The position numbers and the translations under genes are program-made. From Halomonas sp. (GTDB lineage: Bacteria; Pseudomonadota; Gammaproteobacteria; Pseudomonadales; Halomonadaceae), in NCBI RefSeq assembly GCF_052095765.1, contig NZ_JBQDJZ010000001.1, positions 11,090 through 75,089 on the forward strand: a DNA stretch of 64,000 nt. Reading direction: 5' to 3'. Below, piece after piece: positions 33,914 to 43,854 of this stretch. Numbering within the stretch: position 1 is the stretch's first letter; every line of letters starts with the position of its first letter. The notes beneath the pieces are model-generated. The model was not told the DNA's origin. It was given only the letters and a program-made list of their open reading frames with translations, and ran no database searches.

Positions 33914-33931
33914 ATTGAACGATCATTCAAA
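33914..33931. promoter_or_regulatory. BetI-like operator
   Basis: ATTGAACGATCATTCAAA, an inverted repeat TTGAA-N6-TTCAA upstream of the betaine ABC operon. Confidence 0.6.
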
Positions 33932-34052
33932 CTCCTTTGTTAAGCAATGTGACAGTACAACGGCATCAAAATAGCGAAAAAGTCGTTGAAAAATGGCGAT
34001 CGGGATTATCGCTGTGCGCCGCATCGGGCTGATGAAGGAACCACTGGAGCCG

Positions 34053-34928
34053 CTACATAAGAATAGCCAGAAGAATAGGCAGGTAGACCAGTGCCAGTAG
34101 CGTAGAGCAGAACACCAGGCTGGCCACGTACTCAGGCTCACACTGTGAGCGTTGGGCAAACAAGTAATTGAACACTGCCACGGGCATGCTCATCTGCAGA
34201 ATGAGAATGGCTTGGGCCATGGGTGGCAGGCCGAGCAGGGTACTGATGACCCAGGTCACGCAGGCGGCTATGGGAATGCGTATCAGGCTGAATACCAGTC
34301 CTGAGCGTAGACTTTTGACCTGGATGCTGGCCAGTGACACGCCCAGAGTGATAAGCATCAGCGGTACGGTAAAGCCGGAAATCAGGTCCAGCGTGTTGGT
34401 CATCCAAAGCGGCAAGGCCGTGTCGGTCAGCATCAACGCCAGTGAGATGACCACGGCGTAGATCGTCGGTGTGGTGGCCAGCGCCTTTAGCGGGTTGCCA
34501 CGCTCGGTCAGAATCGTTCCCAGGGTGAACTGGAAGAGCGCCACGGTGACCATGACCGTGATGCCAACGGCAAACCCCGTGGTGCCGAAGGCGTAGAGTA
34601 CTACCGGTAGTCCCATGTTGCCGGTATTGGGATACATCATTGGCGCCAGCAGCACACGCCAGCTGTGGCCCAGTAGGCGGGTGACGATAAAAGTGGCCGC
34701 GGCCATGGTGATCAGTACCAGTGCCGTGGCCAGCATGATACGCACGAAGGTGTCTGGCTGTATATCGGCGCTGGCAAGTGACGCCAGCACTAGCGACGGC
34801 GTGCCAATGTTGAACACCAGACGAGTCACGAAGGCGACGGGGTAATCATGGCCCATTCGTATCCAGCCAAAGCCCAGTCCGGCGCCGGCCAGCACTGGTG
34901 CCATGACGGCGAACAACTCCGCCAGCAT
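34053..34928 (-). CDS. AEC (auxin efflux carrier) family transporter
   Basis: Multi-TM protein; NTGNMGLP, LMLITLG, MSMPVAV motifs. Confidence 0.85.
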   Translation of the reverse strand: MLAELFAVMAPVLAGAGLGFGWIRMGHDYPVAFVTRLVFNIGTPSLVLASLASADIQPDTFVRIMLATALVLITMAAATFIVTRLLGHSWRVLLAPMMYPNTGNMGLPVVLYAFGTTGFAVGITVMVTVALFQFTLGTILTERGNPLKALATTPTIYAVVISLALMLTDTALPLWMTNTLDLISGFTVPLMLITLGVSLASIQVKSLRSGLVFSLIRIPIAACVTWVISTLLGLPPMAQAILILQMSMPVAVFNYLFAQRSQCEPEYVASLVFCSTLLALVYLPILLAILM

Positions 34929-35045
34929 GCGTGTCTCCTTGGGGTTATGGCTTGAGGTTATGACGATTATTTCGCGGCGGGTAGAAGACTAACCATCAAT
35001 AGTGAGGGTTGCCAGTTAATTAGCTGTGGAAGCTTATCAAAACAG

Positions 35046-35083
35046 CTGCCCCCTGTGGCAGACAAGGTTGGCACAGGGGGCAG
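35046..35083. terminator. Hairpin downstream of the PRC-barrel gene
   Basis: CTGCCCCCTGTG...CACAGGGGGCAG, 12-bp perfect stem. Confidence 0.55.
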
Positions 35084-35148
35084 TTAAGCGATGGGTAGGG
35101 TGGGTAAGCGCTATGGGTGGGGCAGAAAAGCCGTACCGTAGAGAGGCT

Positions 35149-35718
35149 TTACTTCGTCTCAGCCTTGTCGCCAGAAGGCTTGAGTGCCTCTTCGGCACGT
35201 TCAAGCACATCAGCAGTGGCTTCACGGGTATTATCCCAGGCGCTGGACGCACCTTCTTTGGTCTTTTCCCAGGCGTTCTGCGCACGTTTTCTGGCGTCGT
35301 TCCACCAAGTGTCGGTATAGGCTGGCTGCTCGGTGATGTCCTGCTCGTTAAGGTTGACCACAATCCGGTATTCAAGATCGTCGAGATTATTGCTGTTCAT
35401 GGTTTCGACGCTGAAGTTGCCGGTCTCGATGACGTACTGCTTTTCACCCAGATCAAGCAGGTTGCCGGTTTCAATGACCACGGCGTGAACCTGCATGTTG
35501 TCATCAAGCAGGATATCTTCTACTTCTCCAATCGACTTGGAACCATCGGCGCTGGTATAGACATCGGCATCAAGCAGTTCGTCAGCGGAATACAGGCCCT
35601 GAAGGTCTGCCTGGGCTGTTGCGGCGAGACTCATGCCTGCTGCTAGCAGGGCGGCGGCCAGTGTAGAAAGCCGTGCCTTACTTGGTGCTTTGTTTCCGGA
35701 ATTCTTGTTCAGTAACAT
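35149..35718 (-). CDS. Secreted PRC-barrel domain protein
   Basis: Signal peptide; YSADELLDADVY...IGEVEDILLDDNMQVHAVVIETG; helical general-stress-like C-terminus. Confidence 0.8.
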   Translation of the reverse strand: MLLNKNSGNKAPSKARLSTLAAALLAAGMSLAATAQADLQGLYSADELLDADVYTSADGSKSIGEVEDILLDDNMQVHAVVIETGNLLDLGEKQYVIETGNFSVETMNSNNLDDLEYRIVVNLNEQDITEQPAYTDTWWNDARKRAQNAWEKTKEGASSAWDNTREATADVLERAEEALKPSGDKAETK

Positions 35719-36004
35719 TGCAGTTCTCCGATTGCAGTCATTACTCCTGGAGTGTGTTCACAGCACCGTCATTGGTGTGTGACTACCGGATGGCCCGGGT
35801 TACCAGGTGTCCTTTTTTCTGAGTGCTCTGATGGTTAAGGGTTCCATGGACAACGCAAAAAAAACTGCTGACCGGCGTTGAGCCTGTTCACCTCCCTGAC
35901 CCGCTCAATGACAAGACGTCAGTGAAAAACACCCTCTGCGATCATGCCTCGACGGAGTGTTTGGCAGTACACTTGAGGCATCTTCCAGCATCTGAAGGCA
36001 GCCG

Positions 36005-37204
36005 ATGTACGATTTCATCATTATTGGCGGTGGCATCCTCGGGATGTCGACTGCTATGCAACTTAAGCAGGCCTACCCTGAACGCCGCATGCTGCTGGTC
36101 GAGAAGGAAGACGGCGCAGCGCGCCATCAGTCGGGGCATAACAGCGGGGTGATTCACGCCGGCGTTTACTACACGCCCGGTAGCCTGAAGGCCAAGTTCT
36201 GCTTGGCGGGCAATCGCGCCACCCGGGAGTTCTGCGATGCCCACGGGATTGCCTATGACATCTGCGGGAAGCTGCTCGTGGCCACTAGCGAGCTTGAAAG
36301 GCAGCGTATGCAGGCGCTGTGGGAACGTACTGAGGCCAACGGGCTGGAGCGGGAATGGCTGAGTGCTGACGCATTACGTGAGCGAGAGCCGAACATTACC
36401 GGTCTCGGCGGCATCCTGGTGCCCTCCAGCGGGATTGTCGACTACGCCGCTGTGACTCGGGCCATGGCCGCCGAGTTCGAGCGCATGGGCGGTGAGATCC
36501 GCTACTCTACGGAAGTTACTGCCATTGAAGAGCGCCGACAGGAGGTAATCGTGACCTCGCAGAGTGGCGATTTCAACAGTCGCTATCTGGTGACCTGCTC
36601 AGGACTGATGGCCGACCGGGTGGTGCGCATGCTTGGCAAGAAGCCGGGCTTTACCATCTGTCCATTCCGTGGCGAGTATTATCAGCTGTCCGAACAGCAT
36701 AACCGGATAGTCAATCACTTGATCTACCCGATTCCCGACCCGTCGATGCCGTTTCTTGGCGTGCACCTGACGCGGATGATTGACGGTACCGTAACCGTCG
36801 GCCCCAATGCGGTGTTAGCACTCAAGCGCGAAGGCTATCGCCGTCGCGATATCTCACCGCGTGACCTGGTCGATATGTTGATCAACCCAGGTATTCTTAA
36901 AGTGTTGCAGACGAACCTGAAGCCCGGTCTGGCAGAGATGAAAAACTCGCTTTACAAGAAAGGTTATCTAGAGTTGGTCCGCAAATACTGTCCGAGCCTG
37001 ACATTGGAAGACCTGAAGTCCTATCCGGCGGGTGTGCGTGCCCAGGCAGTGACACGTGACGGCAAGCTGGCGGACGACTTTTTGTTCGTCAACACACCAC
37101 GTACCGTCAATGTGGGCAATGCACCTTCGCCGGCGGCGACTTCGGCACTGCCAATTGGTTCGCACATTGTTGCCAAGGTTAAGGAGCAGGTCGAAGCCGC
37201 GTAA
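36005..37204 (+). CDS. lhgO: L-2-hydroxyglutarate oxidase/dehydrogenase
   Basis: IIGGGILG, QSGHNSGVIHAGVYY, IYPIPDPSMPFLGVHLT, NAPSPAATS. Confidence 0.95.
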   Translation: MYDFIIIGGGILGMSTAMQLKQAYPERRMLLVEKEDGAARHQSGHNSGVIHAGVYYTPGSLKAKFCLAGNRATREFCDAHGIAYDICGKLLVATSELERQRMQALWERTEANGLEREWLSADALREREPNITGLGGILVPSSGIVDYAAVTRAMAAEFERMGGEIRYSTEVTAIEERRQEVIVTSQSGDFNSRYLVTCSGLMADRVVRMLGKKPGFTICPFRGEYYQLSEQHNRIVNHLIYPIPDPSMPFLGVHLTRMIDGTVTVGPNAVLALKREGYRRRDISPRDLVDMLINPGILKVLQTNLKPGLAEMKNSLYKKGYLELVRKYCPSLTLEDLKSYPAGVRAQAVTRDGKLADDFLFVNTPRTVNVGNAPSPAATSALPIGSHIVAKVKEQVEAA

Positions 37205-37401
37205 TGCTTTGTGAATGTCGATACTTTTGTATAATTAACTAAATATAAGGAAGCATCGATACTGGCCATGAAAAGAGCAAGGTTGGTTGCTCAACGATGG
37301 ATCGTGGTAGCGTTAGCCTGAGCTGTGTTCTGATCCGCAGGTATTGACGGGTCTTCACAGCGACAAGTACAGCAATGTTTCACACGAAACGGAGAAGCCT
37401 C

Positions 37402-38364
37402 ATGCAAGTGATCCGATATGCTTTGGCGGCAACAGCCATTGCCGTAGCCCCGCTGGCTGCGGCTGAACAGCAGCTTTCCATTGCCACTGGCGGTACTGGC
37501 GGTACCTACTATCCCTATGGCGGCGGCCTTGCCGAGCTGATCAACAAACACCTGGACGGCTATGATGCGGTGGCCGAGGTGACTGGCGCCTCCGTCGAGA
37601 ACATGGGGTTGGTGTGGCGCGGCGATTCTGACGCTGCTCTGGCACTGGCTGATACGGTCTATCAGGCCTACCACGGCACCGATGATTTCGAAGGGCGCCA
37701 GCTAGATAATATTCGTGCCCTGGCGTCGATCTACCCCAACGCCCTGCAGTTGGTTACCCTTGAGGGTGCCGATATTGAATCGTTGCGTGACCTGGAGGGT
37801 ATGAGAGTGTCCGTGGGCGCGCCGGGCAGCGGAACCGAACTTAACGTTCGTGCTCTGTTTGAATCCAACGGCATGACCTTTGAAGATATTGACGCTCAGC
37901 GGCTGAACTTCAATGAAACCGCTGATGCGCTGCGTGACGGCGACATTCTGGCTGGCTTCTGGAGTGTCGGCCCGCCCACCAGCTCGATCCTCAACCTTGC
38001 CACGACCCGCAACGTTACCCTGGTCAACCTCAACGAAGAGGAAATCAATAACGTCCTGGAAGAGGAGCCAGTGTTTGCTGCCTATGAGCTGCGCGCTGGC
38101 TTGTATGAGGGTATGGATGAGGCAGTGCAGACCATCGGTATTCCCAACGTACTGGTAGCCAGCAGCGAGATGGATGACGAGGTGGCCTACCAGATCACCA
38201 AGCTGCTGTTTGAGCGCACCAGTGAGCTGATTGACATTCACCCGGCGGCCAACGATACGACTGTCGAGTTTAGCGTCAACTCCACGCCGATTCCCTTCCA
38301 CGCTGGCGCGCTGCGCTACTACGAAGAAGTCGGCGCAGAGGTGTCGGATAAGCAACGGGAGTGA
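37402..38364 (+). CDS. TAXI-family TRAP transporter solute-binding protein
   Basis: Signal peptide; IATGGTGGTYYPYGGGLA, TGASVEN, VGAPGSGTE, PFHAGALRYYEE. Confidence 0.93.
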   Translation: MQVIRYALAATAIAVAPLAAAEQQLSIATGGTGGTYYPYGGGLAELINKHLDGYDAVAEVTGASVENMGLVWRGDSDAALALADTVYQAYHGTDDFEGRQLDNIRALASIYPNALQLVTLEGADIESLRDLEGMRVSVGAPGSGTELNVRALFESNGMTFEDIDAQRLNFNETADALRDGDILAGFWSVGPPTSSILNLATTRNVTLVNLNEEEINNVLEEEPVFAAYELRAGLYEGMDEAVQTIGIPNVLVASSEMDDEVAYQITKLLFERTSELIDIHPAANDTTVEFSVNSTPIPFHAGALRYYEEVGAEVSDKQRE

Positions 38365-39074
38365 GGCGGCTCGTCAACATGACGGCACTGGTGAAGGTCG
38401 TTGATCGAGGGCGAGCCGAAAGGCTCGCCCTCTTGTTGCTGGTTGCCGCGCTTTGCCAATGGCTGGCCATGCCGTTGCAGGCGCAGGGCAAACCGCCCGA
38501 ACCGGAAAAAAGCAGCGGCGGTTGGTGGTTGCAGGTGATCGGGCCTGACAATACGCTGTTGGTAAGTCTTCCAGTGACTGACGGCGCAGGCTGGTGCCTG
38601 GCCTGGAACCATTCAGTCGAGGGCTTCACGGTGCACGATTGCTATCGCAACCTGGCCGGCCAGATGCTGCTTGAGCGCAGCCACTTGCCGGATTTTGCCG
38701 CCGGGCTGGATCATATTCCTGGCCGTGGTCGCCAGCTCTCTGACGGCCAAGGCGGTTACTGGATTGAGGATATCAACGAGCCGGTGCTGGGAAGCCGCTA
38801 CCGGCTGCGGGTAGGCAGTGACAAGGTGAACCACCGACTGGTCAGCCACGGCCAGCCAACACTGAGTGAGCTGATTGAGCTGCAGGAAAAGGTTGAAGCC
38901 ATAAGCTGTCCACTGCTGGTGCCGGACGTAAATCGCAACACACCCGTAGTGATTTCGCTGAGCGAGCTGGCCGCCGGGCGCGGCGTTGTCGTTCAGTTAA
39001 CAGACAGTACCTCCTGTGACATCTACAAGAGCAGCGCTTCCGAAAGCGCCGCAACAACGAGAACATCACCATGA
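38361..39074 (+). CDS. DUF1850-like accessory protein of the TAXI operon
   Basis: WNHSVE..VHDCY, SHLPDFAAGLDHIPGRG, YRLRVGS; lies between SBP and permease with overlapping start/stop; start uncertain. Confidence 0.7.
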   Translation: MRRLVNMTALVKVVDRGRAERLALLLLVAALCQWLAMPLQAQGKPPEPEKSSGGWWLQVIGPDNTLLVSLPVTDGAGWCLAWNHSVEGFTVHDCYRNLAGQMLLERSHLPDFAAGLDHIPGRGRQLSDGQGGYWIEDINEPVLGSRYRLRVGSDKVNHRLVSHGQPTLSELIELQEKVEAISCPLLVPDVNRNTPVVISLSELAAGRGVVVQLTDSTSCDIYKSSASESAATTRTSP

Positions 39075-41077
39075 CTGATACGGCAGTTTCCCCGGTTATT
39101 CCAGGTAGCCAGGCCAATCACTCGCGGGCCATGCTGTGGCTGATCAGCTTGGTTGCGATAACGCTGTCGCTGTTTCAGCTCTACTCGGCGGGTATTCAGC
39201 CACTGGGCCTGTTCTATCAGCGCAGTATTCACCTGGCGCTGATCATGATGCTGGCTTTTCTGATGTTTCCGGTATTCGGGCCCGCACATAAGCGCGGCTT
39301 GCTTGGTGGTGGCATTGATCTGATGTTCTTTGCCGGTGCCGTACTTACAGGCGGCTATCTGGTCCTGAACCTTGATGCCATCTTCCAGCGTGCCGGCTTC
39401 TGGAGTCAGACCGATATTGTGGTCGGCTGTATCGCCACGCTCACCGTGCTTGAAGCCAGTCGCCGTGCGGTAGGGCTGGGCATGACGATAATCGGCATCA
39501 TTGCCATCCTCTATGCCTTTGCTGGACCACGCGGGGAGCTGCCGTGGCTTGGCGAATTTTTGCCGGGGATTCTCGAGCATCGCGGCTACAACATCGATCG
39601 GGTGGTAGGGCAGCTGTATCTGGGGCAGGAAGGCATCTTTGGCCTGCCCATGGGTGTGGCGGCGACCTATATCTTCATCTTCGTGCTGTTCGGTGCCTTT
39701 CTTGAGATCACCGGGGCGGGCAAGTTCTTCATCGATCTGGCCTATGCCGCTACCGGGCGGCAGCGCGGCGGTCCGGCCAAGGCGGCGGTTATTGCCTCGG
39801 CCGGTATGGGCTCGATTTCCGGCAGCGCCATCGCTAACGTAGTGACCACTGGGGCTTTTACCATCCCGCTGATGAAGCGTCTGGGCTACAAGCCAGAGCA
39901 GGCCGGCGGTATCGAAGCAGCAGCATCCACTGGTGGGCAGATCATGCCGCCGCTGATGGGCGCGGGGGCGTTCCTGATCGCCGAGTACACCCGGATACCG
40001 TATCTCGACGTGGTCAAGGTCAGCATCTTTCCGGCCATCATGTACTTCGGTACCGTCTATCTGTTCGTGCACATCATTGCTTTGAAGCAGGGCATGCAGG
40101 GCATGAGCAAAGATGAGCTGCCAAAGGTGGGTGACGTAATGGCCTCCGGCTGGCATTTCCTGCTGCCATTGGCAGTGCTGGTGTGGCTGCTGGTCATGAG
40201 TATGTCGCCGATGCGGGTGGGCTATTATGCGATCATCACCATGCTGGCGGTGGCGGTGCTGCGCTTTGCGGTGTGGTTCTTCTTTGTTGGGCCCAAGCGC
40301 GGTGAACCGGTGACGGCGCCACGGCTATGGCAAGCGGTCAGGACCGGCTTCATCAAGCTGCTGCAGGGGCTGGAGCTCGGGGCGCGTAATGCGGTGTCGG
40401 TCTCAATGGCCTGTGCGGTGGCGGGTATTATTGTCGGGGTGGTAGGGCTGACCGGTCTAGGGCTGAAGTTCTCGGCCATGATGCTGGCGTTCTCTGGTGG
40501 CAACCTGCTGCTGGCGCTGGTGATGATACTGCTGGCGAGCCTGGTGCTGGGCATGGGTTTGCCGGTAACTGCCAGCTACATCGTGCTGATCGTACTGGTG
40601 GGTCCCGCGCTGGCTAACGAGTTTGGCGTGCCGCTGCTGATCGCTCATTTGGTGGTGTTCTGGTACTCCCAGGATTCCAATGTCACCCCGCCAATTGCCT
40701 TGGCTGGTTTTGCCGGGGCAGCGATTGCCGGGGCCAAGCCGATGCCGACCAGCTTCCAAGCCTGGAAGTTTGCCAAGGGACTGTATCTGATACCGTTGTT
40801 CATGGTCTACAACCCAGAAATCATCGTCGGTGGCCCGGTGCTGTTGGTGATCTGGAGTGGCCTGAGTGCGCTGCTGGCGTTGGGTGCCTTCGCTGCGGCA
40901 TTGGAAGGGTATCTGTTCACGCGCTTGTCGTGGGGATCACGGGTCGTGCTGTTGCCCGCCATCGTTGGCGTATTCTACCCGAGCCTGGTGGCCGAGATGG
41001 CGGGCGTGGGAGTCATGGTGGTGATCCTTGCTGGCAACTGGTTGGTCAGCCGCCGGGAGCAGCCCGCTGCTGCCTGA
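39071..41077 (+). CDS. TRAP transporter fused 4TM/12TM (DctQM-type) permease
   Basis: GGPAKAAV, SGSAIANVVTTG, EAAASTGGQIMPPLMGAGAF, GMGLPVTASY, VTPPIALA. Confidence 0.94.
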   Translation: MTDTAVSPVIPGSQANHSRAMLWLISLVAITLSLFQLYSAGIQPLGLFYQRSIHLALIMMLAFLMFPVFGPAHKRGLLGGGIDLMFFAGAVLTGGYLVLNLDAIFQRAGFWSQTDIVVGCIATLTVLEASRRAVGLGMTIIGIIAILYAFAGPRGELPWLGEFLPGILEHRGYNIDRVVGQLYLGQEGIFGLPMGVAATYIFIFVLFGAFLEITGAGKFFIDLAYAATGRQRGGPAKAAVIASAGMGSISGSAIANVVTTGAFTIPLMKRLGYKPEQAGGIEAAASTGGQIMPPLMGAGAFLIAEYTRIPYLDVVKVSIFPAIMYFGTVYLFVHIIALKQGMQGMSKDELPKVGDVMASGWHFLLPLAVLVWLLVMSMSPMRVGYYAIITMLAVAVLRFAVWFFFVGPKRGEPVTAPRLWQAVRTGFIKLLQGLELGARNAVSVSMACAVAGIIVGVVGLTGLGLKFSAMMLAFSGGNLLLALVMILLASLVLGMGLPVTASYIVLIVLVGPALANEFGVPLLIAHLVVFWYSQDSNVTPPIALAGFAGAAIAGAKPMPTSFQAWKFAKGLYLIPLFMVYNPEIIVGGPVLLVIWSGLSALLALGAFAAALEGYLFTRLSWGSRVVLLPAIVGVFYPSLVAEMAGVGVMVVILAGNWLVSRREQPAAA

Positions 41078-41098
41078 TTGATCGCCGCTGGCAGTGGG

Positions 41099-41127
41099 GA
41101 TTCAGCAGTCAAATCAGCTGCTGAATC
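41099..41127. terminator. Hairpin between convergent genes
   Basis: GATTCAGCAG-N9-CTGCTGAATC. Confidence 0.5.
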
Positions 41128-41842
41128 ATTCTTCAACCTTGTCAGCGGTGTCGGCATCCCCGGCGCTTTCATCAGCAGACTCTTTTTGTGCTGAAGCGCT
41201 GGGTTCCTGAATGTTTTCTACTTGGCTGTCCAGTGCTTCCAGGCTGCCATCGTCCTGGGGGCGTTTTCCATTGGGCGGTTGCAGCATGGTTTTCTGTGTG
41301 TCTTGCATGCTGCCGATGGCATCAGCGGCGCGGACTGGCTCAAGGGTCAGCGTAACGGGGTTGTGATCGGCGCCATTGCCAACATCGATGCTATGACGGC
41401 TAGCGCTGACCCATAGCAGTTCACCAGCGGCGTTGCGCAGCTCACCGTGCAGGGCATGGGAATGTTCGGGGTCGATGTCGCTGGTGTCGTAGTCGAGCTG
41501 AAAGCGCACCGGGCCCTGATTGCCGGGCTTCAGTGTTGTCCTGGTAATAAGTACCGAGGGTGCATCAGCCTGCGCAATGTCTCTCAGGCTGATGGTCAGC
41601 TCGGCATCATCGGGCACTGAAATATCGGTAGCCGAGAAGACAACGTCACCTTCCAGGCGGAGGGTCTGCGAGGGCGCTGAAGGCTGCTCAGCTTTGTCGG
41701 TATCCTGAGCGCTGGCATCGCTTTGCATCTGCTGGGCAGACGGCTTGCTTTCGTCCTCGTTGGCATCCTGGCTGCTGTCACAGGCGGTCAGCGCGAGTGA
41801 CGCGCTCAGTGTGGCAATTAGCAGGACGTATCCTTTCTTCAT
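41126..41842 (-). CDS. YbaY-family lipoprotein
   Basis: Lipobox LALTAC; PDDAELTISLRDIAQADAPS, PVRFQLDYD. Confidence 0.8.
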   Translation of the reverse strand: MKKGYVLLIATLSASLALTACDSSQDANEDESKPSAQQMQSDASAQDTDKAEQPSAPSQTLRLEGDVVFSATDISVPDDAELTISLRDIAQADAPSVLITRTTLKPGNQGPVRFQLDYDTSDIDPEHSHALHGELRNAAGELLWVSASRHSIDVGNGADHNPVTLTLEPVRAADAIGSMQDTQKTMLQPPNGKRPQDDGSLEALDSQVENIQEPSASAQKESADESAGDADTADKVEE

Positions 41843-42087
41843 GGTCGGGTTCCTGGTTCAGGTGACTGGGTTGCGCCCCCTTAGTGACGGATACTCAGAG
41901 GTTTGGTTCCCTGATACTTAGCAATTGGGTGACATTTAAGCATGCGCTGCCTAGCCAATAAAGAACGCAGACAGCATACGCAACACCTGCGGTCGCTCTG
42001 GTAGAATGTGGAACTTTCCCTTTATCGTCTGCCCTGTGCGCCGTCATTGCGTCAGCCAGACGTCATTTCATTTCCAAGGAGCCTCGG

Positions 42088-42597
42088 ATGCCCGAGAAGA
42101 CTCAAGCGCCGCAGGTTGGCGTGATCATGGGATCAAAATCTGACTGGCCGGTCATGGAACATGCGGTGGCCATGCTCGAGCGGCTAGGTGTGGCCTATGA
42201 AGCCCGGGTGGTATCGGCCCATCGTACGCCAGACTTGCTGTTTGATTACGCCAAGGGCGCCAGCGCCCGGGGTATTCAGGTGATTATTGCCGGTGCCGGC
42301 GGCGCGGCCCATCTGCCGGGCATGGTGGCCTCCCAGACGGCGTTACCGGTGCTTGGCGTGCCGGTAGAATCCAAAGCGCTGAAAGGGCTCGATTCGCTGC
42401 TGTCTATCGCCCAGATGCCGGGCGGCGTTGCGGTGGGCACCCTGGCGATCGGTAAAGCCGGTGCTACCAATGCAGGGTTGCTGGCAGGCCAGATCATAGG
42501 CTTGCAGGATAGTTCAGTCGGTGTCGCAGTTGAGGCATTCCGTGCCGAGCAGACCCAAAGCGTGCTAGACCATCCTGATCCGCGCCCAGAGCCCTGA
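42088..42597 (+). CDS. purE: N5-carboxyaminoimidazole ribonucleotide mutase
   Basis: [37 protein letters not shown]. Confidence 0.98.
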   Translation: MPEKTQAPQVGVIMGSKSDWPVMEHAVAMLERLGVAYEARVVSAHRTPDLLFDYAKGASARGIQVIIAGAGGAAHLPGMVASQTALPVLGVPVESKALKGLDSLLSIAQMPGGVAVGTLAIGKAGATNAGLLAGQIIGLQDSSVGVAVEAFRAEQTQSVLDHPDPRPEP

Positions 42598-42676
42598 TAA
42601 ACGTCCTAAGAAAGGTCTGACGAAAGGCCCTCCACGAGCGGTCTTCATCAAAAGAGTAACCCGTGAGGAAAATACC

Positions 42677-43825
42677 ATGAACATCGGCGTACTGGGTGCC
42701 GGTCAGCTGGGCCGTATGCTGGCGCTAGCAGGCTATCCGCTGGCCAACCGCTTCACCTTCCTTGATACCACTGGCAACCCCAGCGCCGGTATCGGCGAAG
42801 TGATGATCGATACCGACCAGAGTCATCTAGAGGCGTTTCTCGGCAAGGTGGATCTGGTCACCTACGAGTTCGAGCATTTACCAGTGGCGCTGGTTCAGGC
42901 CATCGAGGAGCGCAAGCCGGTGTATCCCTCCAGCGAGGCGATCCGTATCTGCCAGAACCGCGCCGAAGAGAAGGCGTTATTCGATCGGTTAGGCATTCCG
43001 ACACCGGCCTATCGTCTGGTGGACAGCGCTGAATCTCTGGAAGCAGCAGTGCGTGAGCTGGGTGCGCCGGTAGTGGCCAAGTCGGTGACCGAAGGCTATG
43101 ACGGCAAGGGGCAGGCGGTGATCCGCGATCCGGCTCAGGCGGGTGACGCCTGGCGCAGCATCAACCATCCGCAGCTGATCGTTGAAGCCTTCGTGGACTT
43201 CGTGCGCGAAGTGTCGATCATTGCAGTGCGTGGTCGCGATGGCGAGGTGGTGTTCTATCCTATGGCAGAAAACCAGCATGTGAATGGTATCCTGCGTTAC
43301 TCGCTGGCACCGGTTCCTGATCTGGAGGATGACGTGCAGCGCACTGCCGACGGTTATATCCGCTCGCTGCTTGACGCGCTGGACTATGTCGGTGTGCTGA
43401 CCCTGGAGCTGTTCCAGTGCGCTGATGGTAGCCTGCTGGCCAACGAGATGGCACCGCGGGTGCATAACTCCGGCCACTGGACCCAAGACGGGGCGGTGAC
43501 CAGCCAGTTTGAAAACCATCTGCGTGCCATCCAGGGCCTGCCGCTGGGGGATACCCGTGCCCGCCAGCCTACCGCCATGGTCAATGTGATCGGGCAGGAA
43601 GCGGATAACAGCGCGGTATTGGCCATGGCCGATGCGCACCTGCATCGCTACGGCAAAAGCGAGCGCCCCGGTCGTAAGCTGGCGCATATCAACTTGGTGG
43701 CCAGGACCTACGATGAGCTGCTGAAAAAGGTGCGCGTCTGCGCTGCGCTAGTACCGGACGCGCCAGAGTCACATTTCAGTTTCGAGCCCCATACCGGCAG
43801 CAGTTTTGAAACAACCACCGACTAG
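42677..43825 (+). CDS. purK: N5-CAIR synthase (ATP-grasp)
   Basis: GAGQLGRML, TYEFE, GYDGKGQ, NEMAPRVHNSGHWT, GRKLAH. Confidence 0.97.
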   Translation: MNIGVLGAGQLGRMLALAGYPLANRFTFLDTTGNPSAGIGEVMIDTDQSHLEAFLGKVDLVTYEFEHLPVALVQAIEERKPVYPSSEAIRICQNRAEEKALFDRLGIPTPAYRLVDSAESLEAAVRELGAPVVAKSVTEGYDGKGQAVIRDPAQAGDAWRSINHPQLIVEAFVDFVREVSIIAVRGRDGEVVFYPMAENQHVNGILRYSLAPVPDLEDDVQRTADGYIRSLLDALDYVGVLTLELFQCADGSLLANEMAPRVHNSGHWTQDGAVTSQFENHLRAIQGLPLGDTRARQPTAMVNVIGQEADNSAVLAMADAHLHRYGKSERPGRKLAHINLVARTYDELLKKVRVCAALVPDAPESHFSFEPHTGSSFETTTD

Positions 43826-43854
43826 CTGTGCAGGAAAAACAGGGTCAGCCCGGC

